Shown here piece by piece: positions 50,601-62,600 of a stretch of DNA of 64,000 nt. Source of the DNA: Leucoraja erinacea (taxonomy: Eukaryota); the NCBI RefSeq assembly GCF_028641065.1, contig NC_073409.1:11408001-11472000 (forward strand), given 5' to 3'. How positions within the stretch are numbered: position 1 is the stretch's first letter; each line of letters opens with the position of its first letter. The notes beneath the pieces are model-generated. The model had not been told where the DNA came from and ran no database searches. It was given only the letters and a program-made list of their open reading frames with translations. The position numbers were made by a program, and so were the translations under genes.

Positions 50601-53600
50601 ATTTTTTGCTGGAGAGAATAGTGTCAATTATTCTGATTCTCAAACTTTGCAAGGCAAACATACAATTCATATTTGGCAAATGATTATGGAGGCCAACAAC
50701 ATTTTTATTCATTGATGTTCTACCTATCTCCACAGAACCTTCAAGCTAGATTACCTGATGCTGAGTGGAGTTTATATAATGAGTTACGAGATTTTGTCAG
50801 ATTAAACCCAAGTAGCAAGAAAATGCAAAAGCTTACTTACGATCAATTTCATAAGCATACACTTCACCATATATCATCCAATAAGGTTGAAAGACAATAT
50901 CTTTTGCCAGCTCCCAAGATGGAGATTCATCTGGGTAAAGGATTGCTTTTCTTGGAACTCCAAAGCTCAGCAAGACCACTGCCATAATTACCACAATATA
51001 AAACATATTTGCCACCTGTAATTGAAGAGGTTAAAAAAAGTTTAGATCTCAAACATCCAAGTAAAAAAGGGGAATTTGAAACCTGAATGATAATAAACTT
51101 TTACGGGTGATATATTTAATGTAGGGTCTCGATCCAAAATGTCGACTATCCCTCTGCCTCCATACATGTTCGCTGACTAGCAGTTTAATTTGTGCTCCAG
51201 ATTTCAACATCTGGGGTATCTTTCATCTCCGGGATATATTTGATCAATTTTGTAAATAACCGTTAGATTTTCAATTGAATAAAGAGCTTTTCTTCTATTC
51301 ATATTCTTTCTATCTAAATCTAGCCAGACTTCCTTCTGTGCCACTCTCCAATAAGTAGCGATAGGAGTAACTCTGTTCTGTTTTGAAATCTAAATACAAC
51401 ATATGCAATAATTAGGCCAGGGCATTATCACACCTTTATTATGTTTTTTTTAAATCTTTTTGTAACATCTCCACACAAAAAAATTCCCAGATGAGAATTC
51501 TGTTAAAATCTAACACCACTTCCTAGTATGTTATTATTACACTTTTCCAAACTTTGTTTAAACAAGTTTCAAGCAATCCACTTACCATTTTACCTATCAT
51601 TGTGACGTAAGGCCCTGCATGCTGATTGACTGCCAGGAAATCCAGAAGTCGCACATACCAAAATATAATATTGAGGCAATACATTGTTCTCCCAGCAATC
51701 CTCACTTGCCCACTTCCAAACCTCAGTCCAAAACCAACAAAAAATAAAATTATAGCAAGTGCGTCAGTGATGTTGAAATAGTCACTGAAATAGACATTGA
51801 TCTTCTGGTTTATCTTTCCAGCTTCTGACATGAAGATCTAGACAAAAACAAAATACCATATAATCCCAATGACAAACTAAAAATAGCAGGTTAGATTAGG
51901 CAATGCTAGATTTCTGCTTCATGTATCCAGTAAACTTCTGGAGTTTGAAATGACAAAATCAAGCAAACTCATGGAGCCACTCTGAAATAATTTATGAACA
52001 ACAGGGAGTTTCACGAGTAGATATGATAACGGTAGGGGTTCGACCTGAGATTTCATAGTCGACCTGACTTGTTGAGTGTTTCTTACATTTACTATTTTTA
52101 TTGCAGATATCCAGCTTTTTTGATTTTCACAATGCCATGTGGATGACAAAAGTTGTTTAGGGAAAAAACACAGGGAAATGTGCAAGATACTAAAGAGGTT
52201 TCAAAGGACTGCAGATAGATACAAAGTGCTGGAGTAACTCAGCCAGTCAGGCAGCATCTCTGGAGAAAAAGGATGAGTGAAGTTTTGGATTGTTTGGAAG
52301 CGAGTTTTAGTGGTTACAGGTTGTGAATTGCGCTTTGCCACCATGGATGATAAATGTGGGCTCAACATGGAAAATGCAGTAAAGAGATAGGCGAAATTAT
52401 ATTGAGTATTGGTGAACTAACCAAAATAATGTGAGGGAGGATGGATTAATAGAGTGGCAGAAATTTTGTATAGGGAAGGGTCAAACAGTTATTAAAAAAA
52501 AACTATTATTGGGGAGGGGTAGGGGCTTGCAGACAACAATGAATGAATAATCATGTTTCAATGATGCAAAGCGAATAAAGACTAGATATGTCTAGCTCAG
52601 GACGAAATGAACCAAAAACCTACAAAATACAAAATGACTAAAATTCTGAGCCTTGAGGACACCATGGTCCCACAGTCAACTTTAGCAGATTTCCTCAGTA
52701 AACAATTGAATACAGAATATTTTACAAACAATGCATACAATATTAAACTATAGATAGAAAATATTAAGTGACTCATACCTCTCTAATTTTTTCTATGGCT
52801 AATGTAAAAATAAAGGAAATCACGATCCATTCCTGTACTGACGGTGACTCTTGCATTCGTACCAAGACAACATATGTATACAGCATGAGGAATCCCAAAT
52901 AAGCCAACTGAAAATAATAAAAGATACATTAGTGTTTTGAAATGCAGGAGATTCCTCAAGCTAGCAGTCTAAACTTCATGCATAGTACTACAGCAGGGAA
53001 AATTGGAAATATTCAAGCAGGTTAAGTTGCATCTGTAGGAAGAGAAATAGGGTTGATATTTCAAGTCAAAGACTCTTTGTTATAACTGGGAAGGAGACAA
53101 AAACATTAAGCGAAATGGAGTATGGAATGGGGAAGTCTCCGATAAGATTAAAAACAGGGGGACCATGGGCATAAGGTGTATATGTCAATAGGTCAATTGG
53201 AGCAGGTACAGTGCAAAGACGTAGACAAAGGAACACTGACAAAAAAGGTAGGTGTCCAAAATGCAGAGCAGGAGGACATGCCCAGCAAGTCAGGCTGAAA
53301 AAAAGGAGGAAAAAACTGCACCAACTGATACTGACATAGAAATTAAGTTACCCAAAGTTGTAGAATTTAATACTGAGTCCAGAAGTTTCCAGATGGAAGA
53401 TGAAGTGCTTCTTCTTCTTGCGTATGGCGTGCACAGCCTAAAGCTGTAGGACAACTTGTTCTATTTGATCTTACTTGATTGTGCACGCCAGGTTGATTGC
53501 ATTAGTCGAAACAGGGCTGACCACTTGAAGGTTGCAATCTTCCACCCCGAAGATGAAGTGCTGTTCCACAAGCTTGCATTGGGCATCAATCATTGTAACA

Positions 53601-56600
53601 GTTAAGTCAGCATGAGATGGGAAATTAAAAGGGCTGTCAACGAGAAGCTGAAAGTCGCTACTGCGGACTAAACGTAAGTGCTCTACAAAACAGTCACCCA
53701 ATCTGCGTTTGGTTTTTTCAATGCAGAGGAGACCACATTGTAAACAATAAATGCAGTACAAGTGATGCAGTGGAAATGAATCACTGCTTCAACTGGAAAG
53801 ATTGTTAGGGTTGTTGAATGGTGGAAAAGGACGATCGTCCAGCATAGCAACCTTATGCAACAGCATCTCATCTTCTGTCTTGACACATTGTAGCCTTCTG
53901 GATTCAGTATTAAATGATACAACTTTGGGTAACTCGATTTCTCTCTCTGTACCAAATGTTCATCTGTGATATTGGTTTCAGTTTTTTTTTCTATCTTTCC
54001 TCTGGCAGTGGGACATGCCCAGGCTGACCAGCCAGACACGTCTTCAAGCTCTGCATTTCACAAATCCTTTGTTCCATCGTCCTTAAATTTTATTTTGTTG
54101 TCAAATAATTAAGCAGATTCCTTTAATCATACTGCAATTTGTGTATCCTCCCTGTTTTGCATTCACTTCCACCCTCAAGCATCTTTGAATTGTGTATTGA
54201 ATCTCAGAGCAGTTTTGCACTATTAAAATGAAATTGCAAACTGAGCCTGTTCCTCAGGGTAAACTCATGAGACACACATGTTTGAAAGAGTGGGTTCCAT
54301 AGTTGGCCTTTAAGAAATTACAGTCCAGGTAATGAATCGAAGTTCTAACTCACTGCACATTTATAACCAAATTATTTTTATATGACTAACTCTTCTAGGA
54401 AGATCCTTCTTTTTTCCCCTGAATCAATAATAGAGCTTGGATCTATAAACAGAATGTCCAGTTCCTCACTCAATTAAGGGAAACCGAAAATAATTGATTC
54501 TAGAAAGTTTCCTTAAACACAATTTAATAATAATACTATTTTACAACAGTGGAATTTTTCATTTGTTTCGCTTGTCACTTACCGTGTTAAACCAAAACTT
54601 TGCAATTGGTGCATGGTAAAAGGAGTAGAACTTTCTTGTGATAGGCAATCTTCTTGGTTTAGTCAGACTTGTATCTTCATGTTTCACTTCATGGTGGTCA
54701 CAGATTCCTTCTTCTTTAAATACTTCCTGCAGAAAAATAGTTCCATGTCATATAGCTACAACAGTTGACCATTATGTCCAAATCAGGACAAATAGAGGCA
54801 TTTTGAACAGATATCAAAATTTCAGTCTTATAATTTATTCACTTTTTGGATGTTATAATTCCTTACTTTAATCGGGTCTTTTGATCCACTAAGAGATCAA
54901 GCAGTACCTATGTTACTTGAATGTACAATCATATCCAAAAAGTGAAATTATTGCTGATTACTGAACCAGATTAGTTCAAATCTCTTAAATCCCTTAAACC
55001 AAGCTAGCGGTTGTAACATACTAGACAGAAATGTTACATGATTTTGTCAAGATTTGTTTTTTCATATTTGGATTGAATAAGCACGGAAAGTAGAACTCGA
55101 TTAGCTCACACTCACAATTTTAACTCACAACCGTAATTGATCAGTGAAATCATTTGAAGAATCATTTTCTTCCACCCTTTTTTTCCCCTTGGTCACCAAT
55201 TTGATTGTTTCACATGGCTTTGCCGTACTTCTCAGTCACTGTTAAAACTATTTGCTACACTTGTGTGTCATTCTCCTGCACCTTTCTACTTCGTACCCCT
55301 ATTGCTATTCTGCAACTTTCCCTAAACAAAGCTATCTTCTAATTCAGTGGCATTTTTTTTTTTTTTTTTTTTTAAACTCCCCGCTACACACAAACACATA
55401 GTTGACCTATCCAAACCTGCTGCCCATAATATTTAACCACCCACATTTCATTTTTTAGAAGCAGATGGCCTGGCCCTCCATGGAGCGGCTTAAAGAAATA
55501 AGCAGACTGCAGGCAGCCTTACAAAGTGAAAGGTTTCTGAATTTAAAAATATATATTTCTGATAGCAGAAACAAAAATTACATTTTATATTTGGTTGAAG
55601 GATAATTTGCCTCATCTGGGTTCTGAGGTGGTTGATGAACCAATGTGGAGACTCAGTCACAGAAGGGCATGAGGTGCTTGATGGGACCAGGGCAAAGTAT
55701 GAAACAGTTGCATGCCAAGAGTTATGTAAAATATTCTATCCCAATTGTTTCATCACATAAATGACTCGTGTTATACTTGAAACTATCTTACCATTGATAT
55801 TTGATCAGTTGGACTCTGAAAGTTGTGTTCACTGTCCTCCATGTTCATTTGATGTGCATCCTCAGTTTGAGGAATATGAGACATTTCAGCCTTGGTTTTA
55901 AACTCCAGCATGAGAATAGCAGGTGGGAATAGAATACTGAGAATAACCTGCCCCAAAAAAAAGTAAATGTCAACACACGGATTATTCAGGTAATTCTTTC
56001 AGTGACTTGTACCTAATGCCTTGGCTTCCATGCTATCTCCTTAGTATGTTCAGATTAGCTAAGTTATCTACTCTTCTTCATTTCTCTTTCCATAAAACAT
56101 TAGAACATGCAACATTTTACCTTGTACCATGAATTTTTTCTCATATTCAATCTTCCCATCCACATATCTGACAGCAGCATTTGAGTACAGGTGTGTGCTA
56201 CAAACGGCCGAAGTCTCGAATGGACAGCTAACTTGAGGCAGGTCGAGTTGCTCCAATTCTTCAGTTCATAAGTCAGCAACTTCATGGCCATGGTTTCATC
56301 TTGTCTGAATGACTGATCCAGTAAATCAACAGCTAATTGTCCAAATTCACTGAAATACAACAGTAATAAAATTAACAACTGGTTAAGTTTGTATGTAAAA
56401 TACCGTAAGAAATTGTACTTAAAGAAAACTCAGTTAAAGTGATCAGACACAATATAAGCATACACAGTAGCTCATGCACCATCTTTGATTGCATGCTGAC
56501 AGAACCCACTTAAATCTTGTACTTGCATGTTTGCAGAGTGAGCTACCAAGGGCAAAGAACAATAGCTTACTTGATTAAAGTTCAGCTTAATTCAAACACC

Positions 56601-59600
56601 AGATGGGTTTTTTTTTAAACCTACTACTAAGAGGTCTAGGTGAGCTTCAAGTTAACACTAAGCACATTATAAACCCAATTAAGGAAAAACAGTGAAAACA
56701 CCATTAATACTAGTTTACAACATCAAATTGAAATACTCTCTATCTTCCACCACTCGGAACCTATCAGTAGCTTGACCACATTGAATGCATCCTTATACAA
56801 GTTCAGCAGGAATAGAATGCAAACCTCAATTAATTAAGTTTAAACAATCATTCAAGTCTAAATTGACTCTATACTTCCTCCATCTAAAGATAACATTTCA
56901 TTCCTAAAGGGGATGTCCCACTGCGGCGGCCTAATTCCCGAATTTAGGAGTGTTTGAAAAAAATGTCATGTTGAAGACCGCCTTCGACTATGTTGAAGAC
57001 TAGCTTCGACTAGCTTCGGGAAAATTGGACTCCGAATAGTGGAGAGTGAAGAAGACCTCCTTCGATTATGTTGAAGACTATCTATGATTACCTTTGACTA
57101 CCTTCGATTACCTTCGACTACCCTCGATTACCTACGAATAACATGTCGACCTACTACAACCTACTTCGACTAAACCTACGAGTAAAACGAGCAACGATTT
57201 TTTCCATGGCAACCTTTTTTTACTCGCGGGCATTTTTCAACATGTTAAAAAATACGCCGCGACCTAGCTGAGTCCTCGAGTACGCAGGGACTATCCTCGA
57301 GCATGAAAGAGAGTTACAAAAATCTCCTAGGACCTTGTGTCGATCATACTGCGAGTATGAGTCGAGGGCAAACTCGCCAGAACTCGAGGATTAGGTTGCC
57401 GCAGTGGGACAGCCCTTTAAGAGGGTGTTCCACAAGGGTTGAGGGTTTACACAATATGTCCATACATCCATTCATCAATGGCTCGCAAAGCAAAAGTCAT
57501 AATTTTTCAGACTTTGCCACAAAATTCATTCCCTTTGATTCCATCTACTACCTGACCAATGGCTGACTACCATATCAATACTGTTGACTACCATGTTATT
57601 CAATTTGAACTCCTGCTGAACTTCTGACTATATATTCTCTACATTTTTATCACGGTCAACTGTTCACCAATTCACTTTCACAGCTATATCAGAGATGGAT
57701 AGCATTATCCAGCTTGGAAGTTGTAAAATCATTTGGTCAATTATCCGACGGCTGGCTATCATACACTAAATTTTAGTTTGAGCATGGAAATAGGCCCTTC
57801 GGTCCACTCCATCAATTCCATGCCGACCATCGATCACCCAGTTCACACCCACTGCCGACACACTAGGGGAAATTTTCAGAGGCCAATCCCAGACATCTTT
57901 GTGATGTGGTAGGAATCCACAGCACCAGGAGAAAGCTCACCGGGTTCCGGGGAAAACTAGCAAATTCACACAGATGGTACCCGAGGTCAGGATCGAACCC
58001 GGGTCTCTGGCACTGCAAGGCAGCAGGTCTACCAATAGCTGTGCCATCCTGCTAATAGTTCTAAGATCAGACCATCTACCAGCACTCTTAGTTAATGGTT
58101 TAAAAAAGGAAATACATAAAATGACGCGTAAATCTAAAATGATTCTTTACGTTATACCAGTTAAAATGATTTCAATCACATGAAAGTGACTTCTTCTGAA
58201 CTCAGCTACAGGAACAAAGTCCCTAGATATCAAAATTACCGTAATTAATAATGACTGACCTAGAAGATTGCTTCAGCTCTTCAGAAGTATCATCAACAAC
58301 ATCACTCTGCTTTGCTTCACATGACATAGATCGATTTAGCTTGCATGCAACTAAAGCTTTAGCCATGGACTCTTCTCCATGTTGCCAAAAGAACATAGCC
58401 ATTTTCTGCCTCTTCATTAGTACAGCCCACACTAGTAGTTCATTGAAAGGATAGGGAAAACATCTGGTTTCGGGGTCATCAATGTCCACAATTTCATCTT
58501 TGGCTCTCTTTTTCTTTCCCTGATCAACAGAGGATTCAGGCTAATAAAGCAAAAATACAGAGTCAGCATTTCCTTTGCTAAAAACAGGGTAAAAAAAGTA
58601 AGTTAACATAAGATAACAATATGCTCGGTGATTCAAATCAAATTGGTTGCTAATTTACTAATGATATGTGCACCTGTCTATTTAAACTGCAAATCTGTGG
58701 AGAGTGCAACATTAGACCTGTTGACTTACCGGCTGTCACAATGATTCATTAGATCACCTGCTTCTTAGTCTCTGGCTTCTCAGCTACTCCTGGACCTATC
58801 AGTTGCTTGACCCCGTCTCAGATCCAAGCATTTCTGCTGCAGAATTTTGAAAGCTACCATAATTGCCTACATCTCAAAAGATGAGATAGCGCTGATGAGG
58901 ATGTAAACAAGATTCACTGGGATCTTGCATGGATGAGGCATTTGTGAGGAGACTGGAAAAGCTAGGTCTATGTTCCCTGTTGTGGGGAGGTGGTTAAGAG
59001 GGGACACGATTGAGGCATATAAAATTGAGGGGTATAGATAAGGTAGATAGAATCTCAAAGGTTGATAAAACTATAGGTTAAGAGGGGATTGATTTGAAGG
59101 GAACCCATCACCTAGAGAGTAGAGAGTACCTGGTATACGCTGCTGGAGAGAGTGGTGAAAGCAGAGTTGCTGACGTAATTTGCGTATCTAACCAGGCATT
59201 GCATTGCAGCGGCACAGAATGCTATAGGCCAAGTGCTGAAAGATGGAATCAATATGGATGGGTGCCCACTATCTGGCGTGTACATGGTGGGCTGCACAAT
59301 CTCTTTCTGAACTGTATTACAACAAGCTAGGGAAACACTTCTGCTTCTTATGAAAAGTATCTTGCAAAATGGTGGGCACTTACTCTAACATACATTTTAG
59401 TCTGAAGAAGGGTCTCGACCCGAAACGTCGTCAATTCCTTCACTCCAGAGATGCTGCCTCACCCGTTGAGTTACTCCAGCACTTTGTGTCTACCTTCGAT
59501 TTAAACCAGCATCTGCAGTTCTTTCTTACACATTTTTAAGAACAATGCATACATAGTTTTGTAAGATCATTGAAATTCTTGCTAGGTTTAAAGAGATTCC

Positions 59601-62600
59601 AGATAGAGAAGAACTCAGCAGAGCAATGAGCATCAGTTCATTGGATTATAGGATTAATGGTGCAAGAACAAAGATTTTAGGTAGCAGAATGCCATGGCAT
59701 TCTTTAAATACATTTTTCAAATAAACGGAATGAAAACATGAATAAACTAAAATAAAATAAAATGTTCCTTAGACAGCAAGCTGATGCCTATATCATTGAA
59801 ATCTATGCACAGTGTGACAACTCGGTTGTGATGAGAGTATGTTTTTCTGTGTTTAAAATCTAGCAGGTAGTGCATTCACCTCCTCTATCTGCCAAACGTA
59901 TCATGCCATGTTTCCCAGTACCTTAAGTTTATAAGGCTGTGCAGTCTTAATGAAGTGATTATGTCGAGTCTTTTCCTTTTTGTCTGCTCGATTAGTCAGT
60001 GACTCCTGGTGCTTGCGTAGCTGAGGTATACTGCTTGATGAATGCCGCCCAGATCTCTGGATTAAAAGGGTAAAGGAATACTCATTAAAATTTTCCAATG
60101 AAATTCAAGTGTTACATGTGTTTAGATGCTAGGGCTGAACATACTCTCCTGCTTTATGGTCACTTTAATTAACAATAGTTTTAAATTCCTACTATTTTAT
60201 TTGAATTGCTTTGTGATCCCTGAATTATATGTCCAGGCTTCTGGATTATTAATTCAGTAACCACAAAGAAATTCCACCAGACTGGTATTTTGGGCATCTG
60301 AGTATCAGATGAAATTTACCATAGTGATATGAGAGATGATGCAATTTAGGATGAATAATAATCAGTTATTAAATATCAAAACCATTTAAGATATAAAAAC
60401 AAATGGTCTTGAAGGTTCAAAGGGACTGAATATACTTAAAAGTGGCCAGAGATATTGCAGGGAATATTCTTAAAACACTGAAGTTTATTAGAACGTGAAA
60501 TGGCTAAACAGCTACGATGCACAAAACAGAATGCACATTTCTTTACAAAAATATATATAAGGAATTGAAAAACAAGTTTGAGTAAACCCAAGAGATTGAA
60601 AGTATGAAGATATCTTTATTAAAAGTTGATTTGAAACTAAGAGCTTCATGAAAAGGTATTACCCGATGCAATTATTTCTGATTCCCTTACATGCATCTAT
60701 TGACAAACATGTCAACACAACTATTAGTTTGCTTAAAGCAGAACTTGAGCAGCATTTTGTCATAACAGGATTGAATATATAAATTTACTTCAATTCTAAT
60801 GAGTAATTTTAACATGTTTATAAATGTAGAAAATAATTTCTGATCAAAATCAAAAGCTAAAACCAAGTGCTACAATCCATAGATAACATTGTGAGCAAAT
60901 GAGAAATAGTGCATCTGTATATTCCCCACTTTTTTTCCACATGGTGAGCTACTTGGCAGGCTGGAGCATTAGGATAAATGAGCAATAACTTGCAGTCAAG
61001 CACAGAACATTATCAACTCTGCATGTGCTTCAAAAACCCTTGTTGTTCATTTGTAAGTCATTAAATTGAGCTAGCTGACTATACTTCATATACATTAAAT
61101 ATTCTGGAAGGCAAAGAGCATACCCGAGTGGGTCCATGAAGATTGTTGTAGATAATTCTGAAACGTTTCCTTGTGTACGTACATCGATATGTTCCACCCA
61201 TAAGATATTCGATGACAAGACCCACATCAATCAAAGTGATTTTATAATCTGAAGGAAGATTCCCCTATGAAACATAAATCAAAATTATTAATTCCATGAT
61301 CAGTGAAATTTCACCCTCAGGGAAGTAATAATGGGTTAAGATCAATGCATCTTTCTAACATAGCTTAGTGGCTCAACTTAAAATATGAAAAGGCATCACC
61401 AAAAGCAATTGATAAAAATCCAAATTCCTCCAGTGAACCAGTTTCAAACCTGAACTCCGTAGTAGTTTTTGAAGATCATGCACGTCCTGTGCTCTTTGGT
61501 TTCCAGCCACACCCCAAGGATGTGCTGGTGAGAAGGTTAATTGGCACTGTAAATCACCCCACTATATACATATATATGTGCTAGAATCTGAGCAGAAATT
61601 GTGGGGGATTAAAATGGGCTGAGTGTAAGGCTAGTGTAAATTGATGTTTGATGACCTGCATGGATATGTTAGGCTAAGGCTTGTTTCCATACTGTCTGAC
61701 TCTATGACTCAACGAGGATGAACTCTTCCTTCAAGTATTCTACTGGACATAACCGAGCATAAATAGCTTCAATTCAAAATTACATTTCTTACTAACAAAA
61801 CAACGCCATTAAAGAGATGTTGGAAGAAAATCATCTTTATTTTATAAATATCATTGTCATACACATCTAGAACAGGTAATTGCAGAAAGCAAGAAAAATG
61901 ATCCATCTACTTGTTTTTCCCCTTCTCGGTCTGTACTTATCACTCACGGCCTCCCATGACCCTCATCATTCAATTGCACCCATCTCCTGACAACCCCTGC
62001 CTCTCCTCTCTACGCTCACAGTCCTGATGCTGCGCCTCAACCCAAAACATCGACTGTCCCTTGGCCTTCACAGTTGTTGTTTGATAGACTGAGTTCCCCC
62101 AGTAGTTCATTTTTTCCTCCAAATTCCATCACATGTGTGTGTCAGTCTTTACTTGGACATATCAGTTCAACTATCATTGTAAAATATGTATTCTAAAGCT
62201 ATTTAAACATTGGTGCGAGATCTCAGTATGTAGTTACAAAGTTCAAAGACTAGCAAGAGTAAGATTACCTGTTTAACATCTCTCACTAGATGATGCAATG
62301 TTGGATTAGTTGGCCCTTGTTTCTGCATTGAAAGAGCACAAAATAAAAATGCAGTTATCCAGCATCAGTCAGGAAAGGCAGTGTAAATATTTTTTCTTTG
62401 CCCACTTCTACAGAATGTCACCAATTTTCAGCAGAGCTAACAAATAGCTCCCAGTGGATGTTTATGTTAAATTTTATTTTATGTGGCTGAATTGTGTATT
62501 GTTGTTTTTCTCACTGTATGGTAACTCAAATTTCACTGTACCTTAATTGGTACGTGACAATTAAAATGATTCTTGAATCTTGAAATAACTTCTGTATTTG

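Noticed and set aside
56980-57180. Short tandem cttcgacta repeats resembling a CRISPR-like array
   Set aside because: Eukaryotic context, no unique spacers, and the repeats are internal to a Harbinger-type MITE.
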